The translations under genes and the position numbers were made by a program. This document shows positions 1 through 11,221 of a DNA stretch of 64,000 nt, in pieces. The DNA is from Mobula hypostoma (Eukaryota). The notes under the pieces were generated by a model. That model saw only the letters and a list, made by a program, of their open reading frames with translations, made no database searches and was not told the DNA's origin. The stretch is from assembly GCF_963921235.1 (NCBI RefSeq), contig NC_086097.1:214646001-214710000 (forward strand), in the 5' to 3' direction. Numbering within the stretch: position 1 is the first letter of the stretch; each line of letters opens with the position of its first letter.

Positions 1-959
1 GCAAATCTTTTTCTTCCAATACCTTTATTCTCATGCTAGTTTTTATGTTGTTAGTCAATTTGAGTCTTTACAATAAAAAGTGTCTCTATATTCTGGGTTT
101 TATTTATCTGAACAAAAAACAGTGGAATAAAATATGCCTCCGAATCCTTGAAGTTAGGTAAAGTACATCCTTTGGGCAAATTGTTTGTAGGATAATTAAC
201 CATCTTTTATTAATTGCTGCAATTTCTCTTTTGACTGTATGAAGCATCTTGTACTCAATAGTTCAAGGTGAAATATTTTTAGAGATAATTAATCTTATTA
301 TTTTTTGGACATCAAACTAAGTGCCTTTGTATGCAACTATGACAAATCTGATCAGAATACTTGCATATCTTGTCTGCTTTTGCCTGTAGAGAATAAGGAC
401 AATTATTATCAGGTATGATTCAAAATAAATTATATTTTATTTGAAACTATTTCAGTGGATATGTTCCAGTTTCAGCTGACATCAAATTAAGTCAGGAAGA
501 AAATGAATAAAAACCACACATGAATAGCTAACATTACTGAGTGAAAGAGACTAGTAGCACTCTGTAGTTGGGTCAAGTTGGCCTATGAAATCTGATCATC
601 CTCAATGAACATTATAATTCGTCACATTCCTTGAGCTTCCCACTAATGACACAGTGGGAATGTCATTTATCAAGTCACCTATTGCTCTTCCTCTAAGCTC
701 ACTTACATTTTTCAAACTATGATTTGGTGAACAGTGTCAGTTTAGACCCTGATCTCAATGTTTAAAAACTCCTACATTGTTATCAGATGAGTAGTGACCT
801 ACTTCCAGTGGCTATGTATGCAAATTGCAGTTAGATACTGAATGTCATTCATAGTTTTCATATTTGGACCTGCCCAGTCCATTTTGATCACGTGGAAATA
901 ATTAGAATAATCTGTGTAATTAATTTCTTCTGTGAAAGAAATTAATATTAGTGCAAAAA

Positions 960-1125
960 TAGTATTGGAGAAATTAATGGTACTGAAAACAGATAAATCC
1001 CAAGCATAAGATGATACTTTCCACAAGGTTTGAGAAATGTAGCTGTGGAGATAGTGGATGTAGTAAATGTTGTCTTTCAAAAGTCCCTTTCGGATGATGA
1101 GACCTAGGAGTAGAATTAGTCCATT
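960..1125 (+). mobile_element. Short degenerate CR1 ORF2 fragment
   Basis: gtattggagaaattaatggtactgaaaacagataaatccc resembles the 'VLEKLMGLKADKSPGPD' region seen in better-preserved CR1 copies (e.g. 57605-57660). Boundaries approximate. Confidence 0.5.
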
Positions 1126-1322
1126 TGGCACGTTGTCTGCTCTGCCATTTGGTTATGGCTGATTTTAATTTCCCCCTCTTGACCATTTTCTTGCCTTCAC
1201 CCCATAAGCTTTGACATCCTTAATAGTTAAGAAACTTTCAACTTCACCTTCGGTCAGCTTTACTGTCTCAACCTGCAAGTTAACCTTTAGGAACTCTGCA
1301 CCTGGACTCCCAGCTCTTTTCA

Positions 1323-2838
1323 AAACATAGAATATAGAAAAACTACAGCACAATATAGGCCCTTCGACCCACAATGTTGTGCCGACCGTGTAACCTACTC
1401 TAGAAACTGCCTGGAATTTCCTGACAACACTGCCCTCTATGTACCTATTTCAGAGTCCTATTGTATCTGCCTCCACCACTGTCGCTGGCAGTGTATTTCA
1501 CATGCCCACCACTCTCTGTGTGGAAGAAGTTTCCTCTGACATCACCCCTGTACTTATTTCTAAGCACCTTAAAACTATGCCCCTCATGTTAGCCATTTCA
1601 ATCCTGGGAAAAAGCCTCTGGCTATCCACACAATCAATGTCTGTTATCATCTTATACACTTCTATCAGGTCACCTCTCAGCCTCCATCACTCCAAAGAGA
1701 AAAGGCCAGGTTCACTCAACCTATTCTCAAAAGGCATGCTCGCCAATCCAGGCAATCCCACAGTGGATGAAGGTCATCACACCATATGTCTTCTGAACAA
1801 CACTGTCAACTTGTGCAGCAGCTTTGAGTGTCCTATGGACACGGACTTCAAGATCTCGCTGATCCTCCACATGGCCAAGAGCTTTACCATTAATATTATA
1901 TTCCATCTTCAAAATTGACCTTCTGAAGTGAACACTTCACACTTATCTGGCTTGAGCTCCATCTGCGACTTCTCAGCCCAGTTCTGCATCCTATCAATGG
2001 CCCGCTGTAATGTCTGACAACCCTCCAGACTATCCACAACACCGGCAACTTTTGTATCATCAGCAAACTTACTAACCCACCCTTCTACTTCCTCATCCAG
2101 GTCATTTATAATAATTACAAAGAGGAGGGTTCCCAGAACTGATCCCTGCAGAACACCACTGGTCACGGTCCTCCATACAGAACACGAACCATCCACAACC
2201 ACCCTTTGCCTTCTGTGGGCAAGCCAATTCTGGATCCACAAGACAAGGTCTCCTTGAATCCCATGCCTCCTTACTTTCTGAATGAGCCTCATATGGGGAA
2301 CCTTATCGAATGCCTGAATGAAATCCATATGCACTATATCCACTGCTCTACCTTCATCAATGTGTTGTTAAATCCTTAAAGAATTCAATCAGGTTCATAA
2401 GGCATCACCTGCCCTTGATAAAGCCATGATGACTATCCCTAAACAGATTATGTTTCACCAAATGCTCATTAAATTCTGCCTCTCAGGATCTTCTCCCACA
2501 ACTTGCCCACCACTGAAGTAAGACTCACTGGTCTATAATTTCCTGGTTTATCTACTCCCTTCCTTGAACAAGGGAACAGCGTTTGCAGCCTTCCAATCCT
2601 CTGGTACTTCTCCTGTCCCTGTTGATGATGCAAAGATCATTGCAAGAGGCTCAGTGATTTTCTTCCTCATTTCCCACAGCAGCCTGGAGTATATCTCATC
2701 TGGTCCCGGTGACTTAACAAACTTAATACCTTTTAAAATCTCCAGCACATCCTCTTTCTTAACATCTATACACTCGAGCGTTTTAGTTCGCTTTAAGTCA
2801 TCCTCACGATTGCCAAGGTCCTTTTCACTGGTGACCTT
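1323..2838 (-). mobile_element. 5'-truncated CR1 LINE (RT region to 3' tail)
   Basis: Minus ORFs 2548-2841 (KSPGPDEIY), 1909-2343 (DF.AFDKVPH, GVLQGSVLG, KFADD) and 1727-1912; CR1 3' UTR and tail (aaacatagaatatagaaaaactacagcac) at ~1323-1380. A further small CR1 piece lies at ~1130-1322. Confidence 0.9.
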
Positions 2839-3524
2839 CATTTATTCAATTTTTTCCCAATTTCTCACTTTGCTATCCTGTACCCTTTCTGACCTAATCC
2901 AAAGTTCAAACTGGATATTTGGCATTTATATAGTTTGGGCAGCATTTTCATGGGGATCATTTTTGACCTAGCAGGGCCAATTTTGATTTCCATTTTCTCT
3001 GGTCATAAAACCAACAATAATAATTTGCCCCTTGTCTTATATAGATACTTATTCTCTTTTTCACTGATTCCAGTTAAAAGTAAATTTGTACTGAGATGCA
3101 GAACAGAACACTGGTTTGCTGTCCTGCTTCAAGCATGGTGAGAATGGTTAATTTGAATAATCATGCCCACTTACAAATGGGCCCAAACCACTTTGATGGA
3201 CACACTGTACAATTGCATGTTAAAGAAGAACAGCCTTGTTGTGGAGACTTCTCCTCACTCTACTATGATTCAATGATTGTTGTAGGAAATGAGCAATAAA
3301 ACGATCCAGTGTTTAATATTCATACACAAATAGTCCTGTCTATTTACACAAAAAACAAGATGCAAAATTGATTTAAAGACAAAGCTCTGGTAATGGACCT
3401 TTTTTCTGTAAGAGACCATAAGGCATAGGAGGAGAATTAGGCCATTCAGCCCATTTTCAGTTCCCCATTCCATTATGGCTGATTTATTAGCCCATTATCA
3501 ATCCCTTTTTCCTGCCTTCTCCCC

Positions 3525-3753
3525 TGAAGCACCTTCAATTACTCCAAAAGACTGAGGTTTGGTAAAATACTGAAAGGCTTTTATTCGCTGTACAATACGA
3601 CCTGCACAGTGAGTGTCTGCCCCCGGACTGAGGGGGAGGGGCAAGGCGAACACCTTTATACAGGACTCTGTGGGAGGAGCCACAGGGGCAGTCAGCAGAG
3701 GGGCGTGTCCAGACAGGTAACCCAGTTACAACATATATACATGGTTTACCACA
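3525..3753 (-). repeat. 3' LTR of the Gypsy element
   Basis: Direct repeat of 7772-8000; on the minus strand it follows the PPT aaaaaaaaagaggggtgaa. Confidence 0.97.
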
Positions 3754-3823
3754 TTCACCCCTCTTTTTTTTTATAAAGAGTCCCGCGGGGTGAAGTGACT
3801 GACAATATTTACAAGAAGTATAT

Positions 3824-6800
3824 TTACAGGTTAAGTCTATCAGACGGTCGAGTCCGTCGCTGTGATCTACGTAGCACTGGCGGTGATTGCACCGGTGATG
3901 GCGGTTGTGCTGGCTCCGGCCTGACTTCAGGTGCCAGCACGTTAGGCGTCGGTAATCCCTCGTGCGTGTGCGTCGCGCCCGGTATGGGAGTGTCGTGTGG
4001 TGTCTGTATAGGGTTTGGGGTGCACGGTGTCTTGTAGGTACATACATTGGTGGGTACGGGGTCAATAGTCACCATGGAGTGTTCAGGGTAGGGGCCCGGA
4101 GCTCCTGTGGGCGCCAGGTCGCGGATGGAGACCGTGTCCTCCCGCCCATCAGGTAAAACCACGTAGGCATACTGGGGGTTCGCATGAAGTAAGTGAACCC
4201 TCTCGACCATCTGGGAGTATTTATTGCTCCTTGCATGTTTCCGAAGCAGCACTGGCCCCGGGGACGTCAGCCAAGTTGGTAGGGTGGTTCCAGTGGTCGA
4301 TTTTCTGGGAAAAGAAAAGAGCTGCTCATGAGGGGTGGCATTGGTGGCCGTGCATAACAGGGAGCGGATGGAGTGGAGTGCCTCGGGAAGGACCTCCTGC
4401 CAGCGGGAGACCGGTAGTCCCTTTGACCTGAGAGCTAAGAGTGTGGCTTTCCACACTGTGCCATTTATCCTTCTCTACCTGTCCATTCCCCCGGGGATTA
4501 TAGCTCGTGGTCCTACTGGTTGCAATTCCCCTAGCCAGTAGATATTGGCACAGCTCGTCACTCATAAACGAGGACCCTCTGTCACTGTGGATATAGCATG
4601 GGTATCCGAACAGAGTGAAGAGCTTGCGCAGGGCTTTTATAACTGACGTGGTAGTGGTATCGGGGCAGGGGGTGGTGAAGGGGAACCGTGAGTACTCGTC
4701 AATTACGTTAAGAAAGTACACATTGCAGTCGGTGGAGGGAAGGGGGCCTTTAAAGTCAACACTCAGTCGCTCAAAGGGGCGGGTGGCTTTGATGAGTGGT
4801 GCCTTTTCAGGTAGGTAGAAGTGCGGTTTGCACTCTGCACAGACTTGGCAGTCCCTGGTCATCATCCTGATCTCTTCAAGGGAGTAAAGCAGGTTCCGGG
4901 CTTTCACGAAGTGGAAAAGCTGGGTGACTCACGGGTGGCAAAGGTCTACATGTAGGGCGTTTAGCCGGTCAATCTGCGCGCTGGCACATGTTCCCCGGGA
5001 TAGGGCATCGGAGGGCTCGTTGAGCTTCCCAGGCCTGTACATGATGTCATAGTTGTAGGTGGAGAGTTCGATTCTCCACCTCAGAATTTTATCATTTTTG
5101 ATTTTGCTCCGCTGCTGATTATTAAACATGAACGCGACTGAGCGCTGGTCAGTTAGCAGGGTGAACCTTTTGCCGGCAAGATAGTGCCTCCAGTGCCTTA
5201 TAGCTTCCACTATGGCCTGGGCCTCTTTCTCTACCGCAGAGTGCCGAATTTCAGGGCCTTGAAGGGTACGGGAGAAGAACGCCACTGGTCTTCCTGCCTG
5301 GTTGAGGGTAGCAGCCAGCACAAAGTTGGAGGCGTCACTCTCTACTTGGAAGGGAATGGCCTCATCCACCGCATGCATTGCTGCTTTGGCAATGTCCCCT
5401 TTTATGCGGTTGAAGGCTGCGTGGGCCTCGGCAGAGAGGGGGAATGTGGTGGACTTGACCAGGGGGCGGGCCTTGTCTGCATAGTTAGAGACCCATTGGG
5501 CGTAATATGAAAAGAAGCCCAGGCACTTTTTGAGGGCTCTGAGGGTATTGGGAAGAGGGAGTTCCAACAGGGGGCGCATACGGTCGGGGTCAGGGCCAAT
5601 AACTCCATTCTCCATGACACACCCAAGGATAGCAAGTCAGGTGGTCCCAAATACACACTTGTCCTTGTTATAGGTGAGGTTGAAAGATTTAGCCGCTTGG
5701 AGAAATTTTTGGAGGTGGTTGTTGTGATCCTGCTGGTTGTGACCGCAGATGGTGATGTTATCCAGATATGGGAACGTGACCTTCAGTTGGCACTGGTCCA
5801 CCATCTGGTCCATTGCCCTCTGGAAGACAGATACACCATTCATGACATCAAAGGGGACGCACAGGAATTGATAAAGCCTGCCGTCCGCCTCGAAGGCGGT
5901 TTAAGGGCGGTCCTCCCGGCGGATGGGGAGCTGATGGTAAGCGGATTTTAGGTCTATGGTCGAGTACACCTTGTACTGTGCTATCTGATTGACCATATCC
6001 GCGATGCGGGGTAGAGGGTACGCGTCGAGCTGCGTTAACCTATTGATGGTCTGGCTATAGTCCACGACCATCCTATTCTTCTCCCCGTTCCGAACAACCA
6101 TCAACTGCGCCCTCCAAGGACTTGTGCTTGCCTCAATGACCCCCTCCCTGAGCAGCCGCTGCACCTCCGACTTAATGAAAGCTCTGTCCCCCGCGCTGTA
6201 CCTCCTGCTTTTAGTTGCCACAGGTTTACAGTCGGGGGTCAGGTTGGCGAACAGCGGTGGGGGAGGGATCCTGAGGGTGGAGAGGCCACAGGTGGTGTTG
6301 GTAGTGTGGCAGTTGGCATGGTGTTGGGTGGGATGTGCAGGTCGGTGTGTGTGTGTGGTCAGTAGCGGGGTACGTGACATATCTCTACAAAACAGGGGAT
6401 TTATGACAGTAATTGGTGGGAGGGGCCCATCATACTTCATTGTCACGCTTTTCAGGTGGCTCTGGAAGTCCAACCCCAACAGCACAGGGGCACACAGTTG
6501 AGGCAAGACCAGTAACTTAAAGTCTTGATATTCTGTGCCCTGCACCACTAGCGTCGCTACACAAGCCCCCCGGATGTCTGTTGTATGCGACCTGGAGGCC
6601 ATGGTGACCCTCTGACTTACCGGCTGTATCATGAGTCCACAATGCTGCACCGTGGCCGGGTGGATAAAACTCTCCGTGCTGCCTGTGTCAAACAGGCAGC
6701 TTGTCCTGTGCCCCTCCACCAGGATGTCCATCATTGACCTTGCGAGCTGGTGGGGAGCGCTTTGGTTGAGGGTCACGGAAGCCAGGGTGGGATCGCTGTC

Positions 6801-7745
6801 TTGGTCCGGCGTGGTGGGGTGCCCCGTGAGCACCCGTTGGTCGTAGGCGGTGGGAGGTGGCGCCGACCAAGATGGCGGCCCCCATGTCTCGCACGTGGTG
6901 GCGGCGTGCAGGGAAGATGGTGGCCCCCATGTCTCACACGTGGTGGCAGTGTGCAGGGAAGATGGCGACCCCCACGTCTCGCACGCGGCGCTGCTTGATC
7001 CCGCTCGCGGTTTTGACTTACAGACCTTGGCGAAGTGGCCCTTCTTTCCGCAGCTGGAACAGGTAGCTTGTCGGGCCGGGCAGCGTTTCTGGGGGTGCTT
7101 CTCCAGTCCGCAGAAGTAGCACTTCGCGGACTCACGACTGGCGGCAGCCGAGGTCGATTCGCCGGCAGGTTGCGGGGCCTGCGGCACCCACGAGGCCATC
7201 GGGGGATCGCGTGCCTGGAGAGCCTCAGAGTTATGCAGAGCGGCCTCCAACGTATCAGCCAGCTCGATCGCCGAACTTAGGGTAAGATCGGCTTTTTCCA
7301 GCAGCCGCTGGTGCACGTACACTGACCTGGTCCCCATAACGAAGGCGTCTCTCACTAGGAGTTCTGCATACTGCGCCGCCGTCAGCTCCTGGCAATTGCA
7401 GGCCCGCATGAGCGTCCATAGGGCCTGGACAAACTCAGCACTCGATTCCCCGGGGCATTGTTGCCGTGTCGCTAAGCGATGCCGAGCATAGTCGCTGTTT
7501 ATCGGCTGCAGGTATTGTCTTCTGAGTGCGTTCATCGCGCCATCATAGTTTGGCTGGTCTCTGATCAGCGAATAAACCCGCGGACTGACCCTGGAGAGTA
7601 GAACTCTGCGCTTCGCTACGGGGTCGGTCGCTTTAATCTCCTCTAGATACGCTCCGAAGCAGGCCAGCCAGAGTTCGAAAGCGTTTCCAGCGTCAGGCAT
7701 TTGCGGATTGAGATCTAATTTGTCTGGTCTCAGGACCTGTTCCAT
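3824..7745 (-). pseudogene. Gypsy gag-pol polyprotein (~1306 aa if repaired), disrupted by 3 nonsense codons and 1 frameshift
   Basis: Two CCHC-type knuckles (CYFCGLEKHPQKRC, CSSCGKKGHFAKVC), protease LFDTGS, RT (IDLKSAYHQL, YLDN), RNase H (VESDAS, EKEAQAI, TDQ), integrase H..H/CQVC and D(FKGP)/SD(RG)/E. In-frame stops at 5901-5903, 5637-5639 and 4929-4931; frameshift near 4470. Confidence 0.93.
6869..6990. repeat. 45-bp tandem repeat (~2.7 copies) between nucleocapsid and protease
   Basis: Units start at 6869, 6914 and 6959 (aagatggYgRcccccaYgtctcRcacg...); encode CETWG(S/P)PSSLH(T/A)ATT on the minus strand. Confidence 0.9.
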
Positions 7746-7771
7746 GTCTTAAAATGTGCAGCAAATAAAAT

Positions 7772-8000
7772 TGAAGCACCTTCAATTACTCCAAAAGACT
7801 GAGGTTGGGTAAAATACTGAAAGGCTTTTATTCGCTGTACAATACGACCTCCACAGTGAGTGTCTGCCCCCGGACTGAGGGGGATGGGCAAAGCGAACAC
7901 CTTTATACAGGACTCTGTGGGAGGAGCCACAGGGGCAGTCAGCAGAGGGGTGTGTCCAGACAGGTAACCCAGTTACAACATATATACATGGTTTACCACA
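7772..8000 (-). repeat. 5' LTR of the Gypsy element with TATA-like box and poly(A) signal
   Basis: Minus-strand TATAAA at ~7902-7907 and AATAAA at 7827-7832; gag ATG only 26 nt downstream of the LTR edge. Confidence 0.95.
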
Positions 8001-8337
8001 TCCCCATAAACCTTGATGCCCATGCTAATCAAGAGCTAATCAGCTTCCACTTTGAGACATCCACAATGAATTCCACAGATTCACCACTCTCTGGCTAAAG
8101 ATATTCCCCCTGATTTCTTTTGTAAAGGAATGTCCTTCTAATCTGAGGCTTTGCCCTCCGGTCCTAGACTCTCCCACTAAAGGAAACACCCTCTCCACGT
8201 CCACTCTGTCTGGGCCTTTCATTATTTGATAGGTTTCAATGAGATACCCCCTCATTCTTCTAAACTCCAGTGAGTACAGGCCCAGAGACAGCAAACACTC
8301 TTCATACGTAAACACTTCCATTCTCAGAATTATTCTT

Positions 8338-9000
8338 TTCAAATCTTTTTATTATTATTATCCAAAATTAACGAGTACATTGAAGTAAGCAACACTTACA
8401 ATGTCTCAAGAAAAATAACATTATTTTAAAGATTGAAAAAATTTTGGTGACTTTTATATTAAAAAAAAAGGAAAAAAAATCCTCTACTAAGCAAGAAAAA
8501 GTGAGGGGGGGGGGACCCATTAAGAGTTCAACCCTGGAGCCATGTCATACAAAAAGCTTCTGAGGGTAAACTTCAAACCGCCAGCAAGAAAAAAAAGTAC
8601 CAAAAATTTACAATTAGATCATGGAGGAAATCTATCAATTAACTCAAATGATAATAACAAGCAAATGAAGCCCATCTTTTCTCAAAATTAAACATAGGTT
8701 CAAAGGTTCGACTTCTAATTTTCACCAAGCTAAGACATAGCATCACTTGAGAGAACCATTGTGACAAAGTGGGAGCTGATGTATCCTTCCACTTCAACAA
8801 AATGGCCCTCCTAGCTATCAATGTAACAAATGCAATAACATGTTGGTCAGTCAGAGATGCCATGGATATTTTGAGGAATTATTCCAAAAAGCACAGTTAA
8901 TTTGTTGGTTTGTAAATTAATTTTAAGTGCTTTTTTTTGACAATTTCTAAAGCACTTAATTTACAACCAACCTAACAAATTAACTGTACTTTTTGGAATA
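8338..9000 (-). mobile_element. L1 3' fragment (ORF2 C-terminus plus A-rich 3' UTR) with a fold-back 5' end
   Basis: ORF 8639-8863 'LIARRAILLKWK...P....W......L...KI......F...W' is typical of fish L1 ORF2 C-termini; degenerate 18-bp TSD attctcagaattattctt (8320-8337) / attcccaggatcattctt (9001-9018). Confidence 0.8.
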
Positions 9001-10144
9001 ATTCCCAGGATCATTCTTGTGAATCTCTTCTGAACCCTCTCCAATCCCAGTACATCCTTTCTTAGATCAACAATAGTCCAAGTGCAGTCTGACCAATGTC
9101 TTGTAAAGCTTCAGCATTACATACTTGCTTTTATATTCTAGCCTTCTCAAAATGAATGCTGACATTGAATTTGCCTTCCTTACCGCCTATGTGACTCAAC
9201 CTGTAGACTAAGGTTTAGGAAATTCCGCGCAAGGACTCCCAAATCCCTCTGCACCTCTGGTTTCTGAATTTGCTTCCTGTTTAGAAAATAGTCTACACCT
9301 TAATTCCTTCTGCCAAGTGCCTGACCATACATTGCCTGACATTGTACAGTATTCCATCTGCCACTTATTACTCCATTCTCCAAATTTATTTAAGTCCTTC
9401 TGCAGACTTCCTAAACACTGCATGCCCTTATCTTCCAAACCTACTGTATCTTCATATCATCCATAAACTTGGTCACTAAGTCCTCAATTCTGTTCTCAAG
9501 AGAAGGGTGATTGGTTAACATTTTAATTTTTAGCATCAACCATGACTCTTGCCACCATAGTATGGCTTTAGACAGTGGGGATGCAGATTTTTCCCTTTGC
9601 CCATGATGTCTATGTTAACATTAAATATAAGCACAATTTCTCCCACTGGATCAGGTACTGTAAAACTTTTGAGCTGGCATGATTCAAACCAATTTCTGTT
9701 CATCAAGCTTCCCAAGTATTTATTGCCTCACTCAGTAGCAAGGGAAGCAAATGGTTGTAAACACAAAAGGAAAGGATTTCAGTGTGGAAGATTTTTAAAG
9801 TGAAAATACACAGAATCAAAGTAAAACAAATTCCTTAAACCCCAGTGTGTGCTTCAAGCTAACTGTCAGCATATAATATACATGTTGCTTTATTGTACAT
9901 CTCTCTCATCATGGTAATTCACAGTTACAACATCACAGCTATTTTTCAGACTTCAGCAGAAGAGAAATATAACACTATTGTCACTCACCAGAAACGAGAC
10001 AATTAGCAAGACTTTCTCTCCTCACACTGTAGGAAATCACATACGATGGCTAAGCTAAGTCAGACGAATGATCCAGATATGAAAGTTCTATGGAACTTTA
10101 GCTGCTGAGGAATTGAACTGAATCATAAAATCTAAAATTAACTT

Positions 10145-11090
10145 CCTGGTGTTCCTCCTTGCATTAAAACAGGCACATCTCAAACTTTCAGTCTGAGTGC
10201 TTCCCTTCTCTATCAACTGCCTATCCTCCCTCTCGCACTGTCTACAAGCTTTCTCTATTTGTGAGCCAACTGCCTCTTCCGCAGTCTCTTCAGTTCGGTT
10301 CCCACCCCCCAACAATTCTAGTTTAAACTCCCCCCAATAGCGTTAGCAAACTTCCCGGCCATGATATTGGTCCCCCTGGGATTCAAGTGCAACCTGTCCA
10401 TTTTGTACAGGTCACACCTGCCCCAAAAGAGGTCCCAGTGATTCAAAAATTTGAATCCCTGCTCCCTGCTGCAATCGCTCAGCCACGCATTTATCCTCCA
10501 CCTCATTCTATTCCTATTCTCACTGTCGCGTGGCACAGGCAGTAATCCCGAGATTACTACCCTTGCGGTCCTGCTTCTCAACTTCCTTCCTAACTCTCTG
10601 TAATCATTTTATAGGACCTCTTCCCTTTTCCTACCCATGTCATTGGTACCATTATGTACCACGACCATCCCTTTCTGTGATGATGCTCCTTTCTCTGGGC
10701 ACCTTTTCCTGCATTAGGCCTGCATTAGAATAGAAACACAGAGAAACTACAGCACAATACAGGCCCTTCAGTCCACAATTCTGTGCTGAACATGTACCTA
10801 CTTTAGAAATTGCCTTGGGTTACCCATAGCCCTCAGTTTTCCTAAGCTTCATGTACCTATCCTGAAGACTCTTGAAAGACCTTATTGCATCCACCTCCAC
10901 CACTGTCACTGGCAGCCCATTCCACGCACTCACCACTCTCTGCGTAAAACCTGCGTTTTTAAAAAAAAAACTTACCCCTGACATCTCCTCCGTACCTACT
11001 TCCGAGCACCTTAAAACTGTGTCCTCTCGAGTTAGCCATCTCAGCCCTGGGGAAAAAGCCTCTGATTATCTACACGAGCAATGCCTCTCA
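10145..11090 (-). mobile_element. Chimeric CR1 unit, copy 1: CR1 3' end (11090-10734), 67-bp linker (10733-10667), CR1 ORF1 C-terminus and ORF2 start (10666-10145)
   Basis: ORF 10318-10581 (VVISGLLPV, DRLHLN, SLN*) and 10088-10315 (LRCACFNAR); same linker and junctions as 34487-34553. Confidence 0.85.
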
Positions 11091-11129
11091 TATATTATGT
11101 CCCGTATGGCTCCATGCACGCAGCAATGT

Positions 11130-11221
11130 GCAACAAAGATGCTGGGGAAACTCAATGAGTCGAGCAGTATCTATGTAAAAACAAAGTGAGCAGTCAACAT
11201 TTCGGGTCAGCACCTTTCATT
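11130..11221 (-). mobile_element. 92-bp Penelope-terminus-derived insertion
   Basis: Similar to the Penelope 3' end at 41210-41290; flanked by a perfect 11-bp direct repeat cgcagcaatgt (11119-11129, 11222-11232). Confidence 0.75.

Larger units (their letters stand above)
3525..8000 (-). mobile_element. Full-length Ty3/Gypsy LTR retrotransposon (4476 bp), probably Mag-related
   Basis: Two 229-bp LTRs (3525-3753, 7772-8000) with TG...CA ends and 5 mismatches; perfect 5-bp TSD TCCCC (3520-3524, 8001-8005); polypurine tract at 3754-3772; domain order Gag-PR-RT-RH-IN. Confidence 0.97.
3408..9500 (-). mobile_element. CR1 LINE 3' portion, interrupted by the Gypsy element (3525-8000) and an L1 fragment (8338-9000)
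   Basis: CR1 3' UTR at 3408-3524 resumes at 8001. ORF 8040-8342 (LGLYSLEFRRMRG, FSQRVVNLWNSL) and 9208-9438 (LQKDL..EW..KWQM). Confidence 0.85.

Noticed and set aside
55..3137. Possible plus-strand exons at 55-157, 390-412 and 3074-3137
   Set aside because: Splice-like signals are present, but joining them gives in-frame stops and no recognisable protein.
3161..3260. Minus-strand Cys-rich stretch GCSSLTCNCTVCPSKWFGPIC resembling an EGF-like module
   Set aside because: Short, bounded by stops, weak acceptor and no supporting neighbouring exons; probably chance.
6869..6990. Repeat array considered as CRISPR-like
   Set aside because: Contiguous tandem units without unique spacers, inside a eukaryotic gag-pol ORF; no cas genes anywhere in the window.
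10145..10160. Apparent shared left boundary of the two chimeric CR1 units (10157 vs 33975)
   Set aside because: At 33974 the element does not end; it is interrupted by the plus-strand CR1 and continues at 29960, so the matching boundary is probably coincidental.
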